Of a DNA stretch of 64,000 bases, positions 40,938 to 50,267 are shown piece by piece. The notes beneath the pieces were generated by a model. It did no database searches. It worked only from the letters and a program-made list of their open reading frames with translations, and was not told the DNA's origin. Source of the DNA: an uncultured Gammaproteobacteria bacterium (lineage in GTDB: Bacteria > Patescibacteriota > Microgenomatia > JALYQM01); NCBI GenBank assembly GCA_964403585.1, contig CAYOFQ010000001.1:799008-863007 (forward strand), in the 5' to 3' direction. A program made the position numbers and the translations under genes. Each line of letters begins with the position of its first letter. The stretch's first letter is position 1.

Positions 40938-41079
40938 TTAGCTTACCTGAGTAAATTGAACAAACTTGAGCGGTCAATGCAAATTATATTGAACACCTTG
41001 AGAACCATTTCTCTGAAATCCTAGCTCATTTTAACAAACTCATGGAGACATATCAATTTGAAAGTAAGGAGGATCTATT

Positions 41080-41532
41080 ATGATCTCTTCTTTACTTGCA
41101 TCACAACTTCACGATGAGCACACATTCTATGAGACATTTATACGGGATTTGGAAACCTGTACAGGAGAGGTGATTATTGAAAGTCCATATATCACAAGCA
41201 ATAGAGTAAAAATGTTTTACCCAATCTTTGAAAGACTCATGAAAAGAAGTGTGAAAATTTATATAATTACGAAAAATCTTGATGATTTAGACGAACGGCT
41301 ACAATCTCAGTCAGAACAAGAAATAGAAAATTTTGAATTGATGGGGATTCAGCCTTTATTGTGCGTCGGAAATCATCACAGGAAATTAGCTATATTAGAT
41401 CGAAAAATACTTTGGGAAGGGAGTCTCAATATCCTTTCGCAAACTAGTAGTAGAGAAATTATGAGAAGAATCGAAGACGAAAAGCTAACAAGAGAAATGT
41501 TCGACTTTTTAAAGCTAAGCCAATTTATTTGA
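41080..41532 (+). CDS. PLD-family single-HKD nuclease (Nuc-like)
   Basis: Perfect HKD motif NHHRKLAILDRKILWEGSLN (H-x-K-x4-D-x6-G-S-x-N). 150 aa, so Nuc/BfiI-like. Confidence 0.75.
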   Translation: MISSLLASQLHDEHTFYETFIRDLETCTGEVIIESPYITSNRVKMFYPIFERLMKRSVKIYIITKNLDDLDERLQSQSEQEIENFELMGIQPLLCVGNHHRKLAILDRKILWEGSLNILSQTSSREIMRRIEDEKLTREMFDFLKLSQFI

Positions 41533-41947
41533 TCTCTTTCCAAAACCAAGTGTAAGTTTCTCCTGATTTGAAACCTAACCGCTGTCGTTCCATGACTGCG
41601 TTTAAATCATTTGTCGGAGCAGTATTGTGCATTTCACTATATCCGCGCTTTTTCAATAGATCCCCAGCAGACTGGATAAGTGCTTGTAAAATTGCATCCG
41701 CGTCGGTGGCAATGGGTGAAGCGATCAACCTAAAAAGAATAGCAATTCTCCCGTCTTCGATAACTGAAACACTGCCAACTATTTGTTCTTCGTGCTCTGC
41801 GACTAATAAGGACTCAGGGTCGCGCTCAATTTTTCTTGATACATTCACTTCAGAGTCAGTAACTTCATCAAATTTGAATTGATCTGAATGTTTATATAAT
41901 GTCGCGAGTTGTTTGTAGTCAGATGGTTGATATGGTCGGATATTCAT
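41525..41947 (-). CDS. GNAT family N-acetyltransferase
   Basis: VGSVSV...RLIASPI...LLKKRGY acetyl-CoA-binding pattern. 140 aa. Confidence 0.65.
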   Translation of the reverse strand: MNIRPYQPSDYKQLATLYKHSDQFKFDEVTDSEVNVSRKIERDPESLLVAEHEEQIVGSVSVIEDGRIAILFRLIASPIATDADAILQALIQSAGDLLKKRGYSEMHNTAPTNDLNAVMERQRLGFKSGETYTWFWKEIK

Positions 41948-41948
41948 A

Positions 41949-42152
41949 TTAAAAAGGTAAGATATCAGAAGACCGAATTTTCAATGTCTTCACTATTGCC
42001 TCTATGATCTCAAGGCTCGGATTTACCACACCGCGCTCAATCTGAGCGTAATAGTTAACGTGGATATCGGATTTTCGCGCTACATCTGCCTGAGTTAAGC
42101 CCTCTTTTAAGCGTGCTTTTTTTAGATTTTTACCTAGTTCCTTTGAGCCCAT
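41949..42152 (-). CDS. XRE-family HTH regulator
   Basis: LKEGLTQADVARKSDIHVNYYAQIERGVVNPSLEII. Confidence 0.75.
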   Translation of the reverse strand: MGSKELGKNLKKARLKEGLTQADVARKSDIHVNYYAQIERGVVNPSLEIIEAIVKTLKIRSSDILPF

Positions 42153-42213
42153 ACAACAATTATACCCCTTTTCAGAATTATACTACTTAAGCTTGTAAAA
42201 GTTTATCCGACAG

Positions 42214-42242
42214 TTGACTACAAATCATATCTGATGTATAAG
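42214..42242 (+). promoter_or_regulatory. Candidate promoter TTGACT-N17-TATAAG for the 42255 gene
   Basis: Hexamers read directly. Very short leader, so possibly leaderless. Confidence 0.3.
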
Positions 42243-42254
42243 ATAATATAAGTT

Positions 42255-42752
42255 ATGGATAAGTTACTTACAATTCAAGAGGCGGCAGCACTTCTCGGCG
42301 TGCATCCTGAGACATTAAGACGATGGGATAACGATGGGAAATTAAAAGCCATAAAAGTTGGAAATCGTGGGGATCGAAAATACCGGGAAGTGGAATTGTC
42401 AGCATTTCTTTCCAGCTATAACAGATCATCATACAAGAACTTTGATATTATTCCACATGGATTTGGCTTTGAAATATCGCCTGGCACATTAATAAGGATA
42501 GCATCTTTTATTGTCAAAAATGAAAAAACAATAAGTGGTTTTGCCTTCGCTGAAGGTATGCTAAATAGAATGAGTCACCCTGAAATTTCAGATGAAAATC
42601 TATTGGTTCAGGCAAATTCAATAATTAAAGAGTATATTAACACTGAAAAAATACAAAATTTTGAAGAATATACATTTGAACTTCATCATTTGGATTTTAT
42701 TGCTGTAAATGCTCCTCATTGGTGGAAAAAGACTTTAAAAATAACTAACTAA
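42255..42752 (+). CDS. Excisionase/MerR-like HTH (HTH_17) protein with unknown C-terminal domain
   Basis: LLTIQEAAALLGVHPETLRRWDNDGKLKAIKVGNRGDRKY. About 110 aa C-terminal extension of unknown function. Confidence 0.55.
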   Translation: MDKLLTIQEAAALLGVHPETLRRWDNDGKLKAIKVGNRGDRKYREVELSAFLSSYNRSSYKNFDIIPHGFGFEISPGTLIRIASFIVKNEKTISGFAFAEGMLNRMSHPEISDENLLVQANSIIKEYINTEKIQNFEEYTFELHHLDFIAVNAPHWWKKTLKITN

Positions 42753-42756
42753 TATT

Positions 42757-44148
42757 ATGAACCAAGATACGCCAGTTTCCCTCGCTAAATTTATTTATGA
42801 TCAGTTACTTGAAACTGGGCTTCCTGAATTAATTTTAGATGAGGAAAAACAACGTATTAAAATCCCGAATGGGGAAATACTAAACCTAAAGAATAAAGAA
42901 TATTCACTTGTTTTTTATTGGTATTCTGAACAGGATGCAAAATATAGCAAGCGCGACAAATACTCTGAGATAACTTTTCCTCAAGATTTTGACATTAGAC
43001 ACTTCCTGATCTTTAAACGTAGTGGCTCTTATAAACTAAAAAATGAACAAATTTTTAGAGACATTCTTAACCCTCTAAGCAAAGAGACTAGAAAAATAAA
43101 GGTAAGTAATGAATATAAGATATTAAGGTTTTATAAAAAAACTTTAATTTTGCCTACAGAAACCTTTGCAAGTGCAATGCGAGAAGCAAGTCTTATATCG
43201 AAAAAAGGAAACTCATACAGAAAATCTACCGAGCATTATTTATCCAATTTAAGATCACGAGACTATAGTAAGAATGTAAGAAAACAAACAACTTACCTTG
43301 AAAAAGGAGAGTTCAACTTTCTGATAGATCGCTTATATCTCAATTCAAAAAAAGGGAAGAAAGATTTTCTAAGATTTCTTGGAAATGAAGACATCACTTC
43401 TATTGAAGAACTAATAACTCAGTTGCTACGATATGAAGTTTTATCCGAAGACTTTATGCGAATGCTCAATGATTATTTTATTAGAGAAAAGTTAAAGGAT
43501 ATTATTATACTTGGGAAATCAATTTTAGACCTCAATAGTACTAATCTTCAGACAGTAGTAGCTAAAGAAATAATTACGAAACTTGGATTAACAAATGTTA
43601 GTCAACTAGAAACGCTTTGGCAAAAATATTTTGAAAAAAACTTACTTTATTTAATTTTCACCTATAAAAAGGTTTTCCCAAAAATTGAATTAAAAGATGT
43701 TGAGGGAGACAAAAAATATCCCGATTTCATTGGAATAAACCATTACAATGGTTTAGATATCATCGAAATTAAAACCCATCTCAAAAACGCACTGGTTTGG
43801 GATAGTAGCCATCAAAATTTTTATTTTTCTCCAGAGTTGAGCAAAGCTATAGTACAAACAACCAATTACATGGACGCAGTAATGCAAGAACGATTTAAGG
43901 TTCAAGAAGATAGAGAAAAAATTACAAAATTTACGGAAGAAGAAAATCTATTCCACCCTAGGGGTATCATTGTAATCTCATCAAACAAGAAGTTGACAAC
44001 TAAAGTAGGAGAGTCAGAAAAACTAAAAAGAGATTTTACAAAGTTGAGAAATAGTCTTCAAAATATAGAAATTTTAACATTTGATGAGATTATAAATATT
44101 GCTGATGAATATATTAAAAATATTATCCCCGATACGAAACCGATTTAG
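42757..44148 (+). CDS. Large protein with C-terminal PD-(D/E)xK nuclease signature (Shedu/DUF4263-like or Cas4/RecB-like core)
   Basis: KYPDFIGINHYNGLDIIEIKTH has D...E-x-K with 14-residue spacing, followed by QTTNY (QxxxY). Starts 5 nt after the HTH gene. Confidence 0.4.
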   Translation: MNQDTPVSLAKFIYDQLLETGLPELILDEEKQRIKIPNGEILNLKNKEYSLVFYWYSEQDAKYSKRDKYSEITFPQDFDIRHFLIFKRSGSYKLKNEQIFRDILNPLSKETRKIKVSNEYKILRFYKKTLILPTETFASAMREASLISKKGNSYRKSTEHYLSNLRSRDYSKNVRKQTTYLEKGEFNFLIDRLYLNSKKGKKDFLRFLGNEDITSIEELITQLLRYEVLSEDFMRMLNDYFIREKLKDIIILGKSILDLNSTNLQTVVAKEIITKLGLTNVSQLETLWQKYFEKNLLYLIFTYKKVFPKIELKDVEGDKKYPDFIGINHYNGLDIIEIKTHLKNALVWDSSHQNFYFSPELSKAIVQTTNYMDAVMQERFKVQEDREKITKFTEEENLFHPRGIIVISSNKKLTTKVGESEKLKRDFTKLRNSLQNIEILTFDEIINIADEYIKNIIPDTKPI

Positions 44149-44420
44149 GAATAGTTACATTCAAAGATTGAGTCTGACATACACAAATAAATAATCCCTT
44201 CCAATATCCCAACAAAAATCGGTATGCTTGTCCACGAAAAAATCAGGTAAACAATGCCCCAGCCCACTTTCCCTAAATAGAACTTATGCGCACCAATTCC
44301 ACCTAGAAAAATAGCTAATAACGCTGCGAGTGTTTTACTTCGTTTTGCTCTTTGAGGGTAGTTAGGGGGTCGATCCGTACTCATGTTCGTAAATATATCA
44401 AAATTGCCATTATAATGCAA
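44145..44420 (-). CDS. TM2-domain membrane protein
   Basis: ALLAIFLGGIGAHKFYLGKVGWGIVYLIF TM2 signature. Confidence 0.55.
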   Translation of the reverse strand: MHYNGNFDIFTNMSTDRPPNYPQRAKRSKTLAALLAIFLGGIGAHKFYLGKVGWGIVYLIFSWTSIPIFVGILEGIIYLCMSDSIFECNYS

Positions 44421-44434
44421 TTAATGTTGTTACT

Positions 44435-45058
44435 CTAAATTTTGTCGATAAAAACTCGGGGATTGGCCGGAACTCCATACACACGCACTTCAAAGTGTAA
44501 ATGCGGACCCGTAGCCCAACCAGTCTCGCCTTCAGTACCAATAATCTCTCCAGGAGAAACTTCCTGATCTTTCTTTACCGCGATATTGTCCAAATGAGCG
44601 TAGAGCGAAGTAATATTATCGCCATGATCAATGATTACATGCTTACCATATCCCCACGATATTTCTCCAGCATAAATAACTTTTCCTTTCAAAAAAGACC
44701 TAATCGGATCACCCGTCTTACCTCTGGAATTGGCAATGTCAACGCCTGTATGTAGTGGTTGATACGGCAAGTCTGATTCACCAAACTCCAATGTAACTAC
44801 ACCACTTACAGGCAATATAGAGTCAAGTTTAAGTACCTTCACAATATTACCTGTAGCAGGATCCCGAATCTCAACTAAGCGTCCCGCTACACTTACCGTT
44901 GCTAATTTATCCGAAACAACTTGCGTCCCCGTTTGAGTGATTACAACTACCGCAAGCAAGGGGAGAGTAAGAACAAATAAAAACGTAAAGAAAACGATCT
45001 TAAGTTGTTGCTTAAATGAAAAAGTAAAAAATAAAGTTTTGAATATAGCAGGGTTCAT
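44435..45058 (-). CDS. M23 family peptidase (membrane-anchored; likely T4SS-associated cell-wall hydrolase)
   Basis: HTGVDIA...LYAHLD...GPHLHFEV. Confidence 0.8.
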   Translation of the reverse strand: MNPAIFKTLFFTFSFKQQLKIVFFTFLFVLTLPLLAVVVITQTGTQVVSDKLATVSVAGRLVEIRDPATGNIVKVLKLDSILPVSGVVTLEFGESDLPYQPLHTGVDIANSRGKTGDPIRSFLKGKVIYAGEISWGYGKHVIIDHGDNITSLYAHLDNIAVKKDQEVSPGEIIGTEGETGWATGPHLHFEVRVYGVPANPRVFIDKI

Positions 45059-46860
45059 GCAACATATTTCTCTGCTGGATTGGTGGTAATCAAAGGGTGT
45101 TCTTTTTCCGAAGCAACAACACGTACCGCAACATGATTTTGATCTGCAATAAGAAGAGCCTCGCCCTTATCACATGTTAAAAGAAAGTTCTGTTCGTATT
45201 CACTCAAATTAAATTCTTCTGAAACATTTTTAATAGTTGTTGTATCTTGTCTCATCAAAATTCGCAGCGAAGATTGCGAAGCAATAGCTTTACCATAATC
45301 ATTATTTAGGAAATCATTGGCTTGTTGAGAAACAATACTTACCCCGAGGTAATATTTTCGAGCCCTTCGCGTGAGTCCTGAAATGAATCGAGCACTTTCT
45401 TCGTGTTGTAACAAAATCCATCCTTCATCTATAACCAACAATCTCTTTTCAAGTTTTGATTTTACTTGACCATAAACAAAGTTGGAGATTACAACCAACA
45501 TAATTTGTCGCAAAGATTCACTTAAGTCTTTTATATCAAAAACAATAAGCCTATTATCAAGTGCAATATTTGTCTGACTATTGAAAACACCAGATAATGA
45601 ACCTTTTGTAAATTTTTCAAGGCGGTCACAAAGGTTCTTCTGCTTAAGTGCTTTAAGAGTCGCATACAAATCTTTTAACAATGGATATTTACTCCCTGTG
45701 TGATTATTTCCCTCATCAAGCGACCAGCCGAATTTTTTATAGGTTGCTAAAATAGCTTTATCAACAATGGCTTTTTCCTCAGAACTAAGCCCTTCCGCCA
45801 TTAACGAAATAATCTCAGTAAGATCTTGTACATGCGTAGACAAACTGTCCTCTACCTCTGCAGAATTTACCGAAAGATCAAAGGGGTTAATCTTCTCTTT
45901 TGCATGAGCGGAAACTTTAACATATGTTCCACCAACAGATTTTGCTAATTGTTCATATTCTCCTTCAGGGTCAATGACAATTACTTTTGTACCTTGCATT
46001 AATTGTCGCAAGATTTCCACTTTTGATGTATAGCTTTTACCTGAACCAGATTGCGCGAAGATAATACTATTGGCATTATTAAGGGAGAATCGATCAACTA
46101 TAACAAGCGAATTATTAGATTTATTAATGCCATACAAAATTCCTGATTCTTGAACAAGCTCTGATGAAACAAAAGGAAAAGTCAGTGCTGTCGATGAGCT
46201 ATCTAAATTACGTTTTTGATTTAATAGATTTTCTGCTCGAGGTAATATTGATTGCAATCCATCAATTTGTTGGAATGTAGCAGGCTTCGTATAAAAGAGG
46301 CGAGTAGAAAGAACAGTATCGAGAAGTGTAGTAATTTTATTAAGCTCAGAGAGCGAGTCAGCAATAATCGCAATATAGATTGAAACTTGAAATAGCTTTT
46401 CCTGACCTCTTTGAATTTTATCTTTCAGTTCAATTGCCGATTCAAGAGGGTCAAGCAGTTCAGAACCAATAATTCTTCCTGACCGTTGCATAGACCTTTT
46501 AGTGGACTCAAGCTCGGTAATCTTTCTATTCAGTTTAGGAAGCGCAATATGCGCATCAATCTGCTCTATATGGGACGATATGTCGATATTATGATTAAAA
46601 TTAACTAGATTATTAAGCCATCCAGTTGTTGCAACATACGGATATCCTGAGACAAATAAAGTTCTGACATATTTATTTTCTATTAAGAGATAATCTGGTC
46701 GTTCTTCAAGTCCAGAATACGAAATAAGATCAATGTGATCCTGCATACCAAAATGAAAATGCTTGGTACTGCGCTTCACTCGTTGCTTCTCTTTATGTGA
46801 AGCCAGTGATCTTTTTATTAGGCGAGCATAAGCTCCGATGATTGGAATGTTATATATCAT
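45055..46860 (-). CDS. VirB4/TrbE/CagE-family type IV secretion ATPase (ATPase portion)
   Basis: RTLFVSGYPYVATTGWLNNL, Walker A AQSGSGKS, Walker B LLVIDEGW. 601 aa. Confidence 0.8.
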   Translation of the reverse strand: MIYNIPIIGAYARLIKRSLASHKEKQRVKRSTKHFHFGMQDHIDLISYSGLEERPDYLLIENKYVRTLFVSGYPYVATTGWLNNLVNFNHNIDISSHIEQIDAHIALPKLNRKITELESTKRSMQRSGRIIGSELLDPLESAIELKDKIQRGQEKLFQVSIYIAIIADSLSELNKITTLLDTVLSTRLFYTKPATFQQIDGLQSILPRAENLLNQKRNLDSSSTALTFPFVSSELVQESGILYGINKSNNSLVIVDRFSLNNANSIIFAQSGSGKSYTSKVEILRQLMQGTKVIVIDPEGEYEQLAKSVGGTYVKVSAHAKEKINPFDLSVNSAEVEDSLSTHVQDLTEIISLMAEGLSSEEKAIVDKAILATYKKFGWSLDEGNNHTGSKYPLLKDLYATLKALKQKNLCDRLEKFTKGSLSGVFNSQTNIALDNRLIVFDIKDLSESLRQIMLVVISNFVYGQVKSKLEKRLLVIDEGWILLQHEESARFISGLTRRARKYYLGVSIVSQQANDFLNNDYGKAIASQSSLRILMRQDTTTIKNVSEEFNLSEYEQNFLLTCDKGEALLIADQNHVAVRVVASEKEHPLITTNPAEKYVA

Positions 46861-47470
46861 ATGTTTGATTAAGAATTGATTGTACCGTTTGAGCCTTTAA
46901 TTCTTGAATTTTAGATCGAGTCGGATTATAAAATGAATAAAATAGGTCCAAAACTTCAATACTATCTAGAGGTTTCGCTTTCATTCCCATTTTTTCAAAT
47001 CCTTTTATTACAATATCTTGATAAAGAAATAACTGCTCTTTAATTAAGTTAAAGTCCGAGGTATCAGCAGAATTGTACGGAATAATAATATAAAACCGAC
47101 GCGATAAAATTTTATTACCTGATATCAGTTTTTGAATAAATTCAGAATAGTTTTGTAATTGTTCTTTATATCTTTGTTCGGATTCCTGCTTAGCATTTTG
47201 TGAAAGCTGATCTAAATAGCGATCAACTTCAACTTCGCGTATCCGCACTAAAATCTGTAAAGGACAAGGAAGTGAGTTAAGAAAATTTTGAAAATTATCA
47301 ATAAGTACATCTTGCTCGTCATCACTTTTCAGTTCAAAGTTTATTGAAGACGTCTCAACTACTGCGCAATATTTATTCTTAGGTAAAACTAAAATGCCAT
47401 CACGTACCTCTTTAATTGAAATTTGTTGACGCGAGGACGTCTTACGATGAGACTTGGAAAGTATCGACAT
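46850..47470 (-). CDS. VirB4 N-terminal-domain-like protein (possible split VirB4)
   Basis: ILVLPKNKYCAVVETSSINFELKSDDEQDVLIDNFQNFLNSL resembles the VirB4 N-terminal region. Overlaps the ATPase ORF by 11 nt. Combined length is about 800 aa. Confidence 0.45.
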   Translation of the reverse strand: MSILSKSHRKTSSRQQISIKEVRDGILVLPKNKYCAVVETSSINFELKSDDEQDVLIDNFQNFLNSLPCPLQILVRIREVEVDRYLDQLSQNAKQESEQRYKEQLQNYSEFIQKLISGNKILSRRFYIIIPYNSADTSDFNLIKEQLFLYQDIVIKGFEKMGMKAKPLDSIEVLDLFYSFYNPTRSKIQELKAQTVQSILNQTYDI

Positions 47471-47942
47471 GAACTCCTCCTTTCTTGAATCGGAAGCGGA
47501 CAGTAGATCCAGACCGAGAAATAAGTGATTTCAACTTAGAGGAATCTTCAATAGATAATTTAACTTCTTTATTATTGTCTGCATTCTCAATAAAGCTTTC
47601 CGGCGCACTGTCTTTCGGAGATAGTACAACTTCTCGAAGAGCAAAATCATTTTTATCAAAAATATAATAACGTGGACGCAAGTTGTAGCTGCTAAGAATA
47701 CCCAGCCAATGTAAAACAATCTTACCTCGTATTCGAAAAGCCAACGTAAAACACAGGATACTAACAATCCCAATAATTAAAAATTTATATAAAGAAAAAT
47801 GTAATTGGCTAGGTAGTACTGCATATACAAATACCGTAACAAACAGGGGTGTTAAGAATAAAAGAATTTGTGTCAAGGTAAAGTTGCCAGCAATTTTATC
47901 TTCAACAGTAGTAATTTGTGCAGGAATTATAGATGACTTCAT
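47442..47942 (-). CDS. VirB3-like small 2-TM protein
   Basis: Two hydrophobic helices. Position immediately upstream of virB4, which is the conserved order. Confidence 0.35.
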   Translation of the reverse strand: MKSSIIPAQITTVEDKIAGNFTLTQILLFLTPLFVTVFVYAVLPSQLHFSLYKFLIIGIVSILCFTLAFRIRGKIVLHWLGILSSYNLRPRYYIFDKNDFALREVVLSPKDSAPESFIENADNNKEVKLSIEDSSKLKSLISRSGSTVRFRFKKGGVHVDTFQVSS

Positions 47943-49189
47943 GCTTTAATCACCTTTCGTGTTGTTAACCTACTTGGAAAACGAGTCGGCCGTCGTGAAG
48001 AGTTTCGTTGAGGGTAATCTTGCGCATGCCCTTCTTGTTGTGAGTGCATAACATTAATGATTTGCCCGCCAACTTTTCGCATAGCGCCGTTAAATGAAGT
48101 GTAAAAAGCAAATTGCATAAGAGCTTGGGGTGTTTTAAGTAAGGTAAAAAGCAACGCAACACCCATAAGAATTGAGATAAACGAATTCGTTCCTGCTTGA
48201 CCAGGTATGGTCAAAAATGCAGAAGCAAGCTGAATAATCACCACATGCACGAATACGCTGAAAATATTGACGATATACGTCTTTATTGAGATTTCAGCAA
48301 AATCAGTAAACTTAGGTAGTATCCACAAAAGACAAATAAGAGGAGATAATACCGCACCAAGTGAAATAATAATAAGCCGCATTATATAGAATAGAAGTAA
48401 AACGACTGCCAAGATAATGAACATAAGCATAAAAATAAGCGTGATAATACTAGTTGTTGCAACGGAAACAGTCTTAGGATCAAAGGAATTAAGAATCCAC
48501 GCGCTATTAATTCCACCTGTAGCATGAAGCACCGCTTGTACCAGTACATTAGAGATATTAATAACCCAATCGACAAGAAAAATAGACATATTAGCACCCA
48601 AGAAGGCTAAAGCAATTCGTGGTAAGAGATGTTTAAGTTCGACTTCTTCAAATCCCAGCGTTGAAGCACTCATAAAATGGAATCCAATTAGAGCGATAAC
48701 TAAAGCAAATAACGAATCAGTAATTCCAACAATAGTAAGCCAGAAATTAAAAATAACCGAATTGTTAACAACGGAAGGTGCTGTGGTAAGAAAACTAATA
48801 ATTCCATCAGTGAGAGGCTTAGTAGCGCTTTGAATTATCGCTTGTAAAAACCCTACTACAGCGGTGATTAACACTTGAGTTAGCCCACTGGAAGGCTCTA
48901 TTGGTTGAATTGGTGTCAGAGAAATTTGCTCCGAATTGGTACTAGCGTGAGGTGTAGTAAATGCGTGCGAAAGCAGCGATGAAAATACTCCTGCTCCAAT
49001 AACAAAAAGAAGTCCTATCAAAGCATTACGAATAGTTTTCTTAGCTTCCTCGAGTGAATCAGGCTTACCTATTGAGGTAATATAAAGATAGCCACCTCGA
49101 ATAAGAAAGATAACCGAAATAAGAGAGGCAAGCACTGTCAGAACCGTCAGAGACTGGTTCGTAAATAAGGCAACTTCATTATTATTCAT
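47939..49189 (-). CDS. VirB6/TrbL-like polytopic protein with N-terminal pilin-like module
   Basis: The first about 75 aa parallel the pilin gene (GGYLYITSIGKPDSLEEAKKTIRNALIGL), followed by 6 or more TM helices. Confidence 0.45.
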   Translation of the reverse strand: MNNNEVALFTNQSLTVLTVLASLISVIFLIRGGYLYITSIGKPDSLEEAKKTIRNALIGLLFVIGAGVFSSLLSHAFTTPHASTNSEQISLTPIQPIEPSSGLTQVLITAVVGFLQAIIQSATKPLTDGIISFLTTAPSVVNNSVIFNFWLTIVGITDSLFALVIALIGFHFMSASTLGFEEVELKHLLPRIALAFLGANMSIFLVDWVINISNVLVQAVLHATGGINSAWILNSFDPKTVSVATTSIITLIFMLMFIILAVVLLLFYIMRLIIISLGAVLSPLICLLWILPKFTDFAEISIKTYIVNIFSVFVHVVIIQLASAFLTIPGQAGTNSFISILMGVALLFTLLKTPQALMQFAFYTSFNGAMRKVGGQIINVMHSQQEGHAQDYPQRNSSRRPTRFPSRLTTRKVIKA

Positions 49190-49198
49190 AATGCTTTC

Positions 49199-49564
49199 TT
49201 ATGGAGTTGCGCCAAACGCACTCGTGGCAAGTTGAGATACAATATTGCTGATCACATACGCGCCAAGCGTTATAGCCAATCCTACAGCCGAATAAAGGAT
49301 AGTTCTTTTCGATCTTTCAAGTGATTCAGGATTGCCGGAACTTGTAATATATCCAAAGCCACCCCAAACAATAAACCCAGCAGCAATAAAGCCGGAAAAG
49401 GTGACAAGTAGTTGAATAATATTCTTTATGAAATTTTGAACTTTATCTACATCCGCAGACTGTGCAAATGCGGGTGTCGCCAAAATCAAGAAATTAAGAG
49501 TAAAGAGTGCATAAACAAGAATTTTTTTCATATTTCTCTTTCTCGGCATAAAAAAAGCCGCCAT
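49199..49564 (-). CDS. VirB2/TrbC-like pilin
   Basis: Signal peptide ...ATPAFAQS, two hydrophobic helices, and GYITSSGNPESLERSKRTILYSAVGL. Confidence 0.5.
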   Translation of the reverse strand: MAAFFMPRKRNMKKILVYALFTLNFLILATPAFAQSADVDKVQNFIKNIIQLLVTFSGFIAAGFIVWGGFGYITSSGNPESLERSKRTILYSAVGLAITLGAYVISNIVSQLATSAFGATP

Positions 49565-49639
49565 TTATAAGGGCAGCAGTATCAATAGGTTCACAGTTTA
49601 TATCAAAATACGATATTAATAGCAATAGAGATCGCTTCG

Positions 49640-50167
49640 TTAAAAAACAACAGCATAGATTAACCACTCTCCAGAAGTAGAATTTGTCCGATCACCTTTT
49701 GTGTCATACTTAAACATACGGAATGCAAGCTTATCGGAGGAGACATCCGCCCAACCCTTTGTCTCAATTTCCCAATAGCCAAAATTGAATGAATAGTTCT
49801 TTGATATGTAACTAAGATTCCTCCCCCAGTGAGAGTTTAACCATTTAAGGGCAATAGTCTTTTCACTACTACTAGGTACTATTCCTTTAACTCGATCAAC
49901 TAAAGTAACATCGTCCCTCAGTATACTTTCCATTTTACTGGCATTAGTTGCTTGTAACGCACTAGTGATTTTTATGACGGCCTCGTCAATACCAATTAAT
50001 GCATATTCAGGAATTATGGACGAGCGAGGAATAGCGCTTCTAGTTGGAGTAAGGCTCGATGAAGTATTCGTTTGGTAGTCTTTAGAAGTTGATAATAGAA
50101 AGATACTGCTCAAGATAATAAGAATTATACTTATAGTAACTACAATAACAAAAGTTGGTTTTTTCAT
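49640..50167 (-). CDS. Hypothetical N-terminally anchored protein (first gene of the T4SS-like operon)
   Basis: TM anchor plus a secreted domain with no motif. Confidence 0.35.
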   Translation of the reverse strand: MKKPTFVIVVTISIILIILSSIFLLSTSKDYQTNTSSSLTPTRSAIPRSSIIPEYALIGIDEAVIKITSALQATNASKMESILRDDVTLVDRVKGIVPSSSEKTIALKWLNSHWGRNLSYISKNYSFNFGYWEIETKGWADVSSDKLAFRMFKYDTKGDRTNSTSGEWLIYAVVF

Positions 50168-50267
50168 TTATAATATATTATAGCATTAATTAAGGCTTGA
50201 GTATAACAAAATAATTTGATAGTATAACTACACTATGTAGTAATAGATAAAAGTAGGGAGTAAAATA

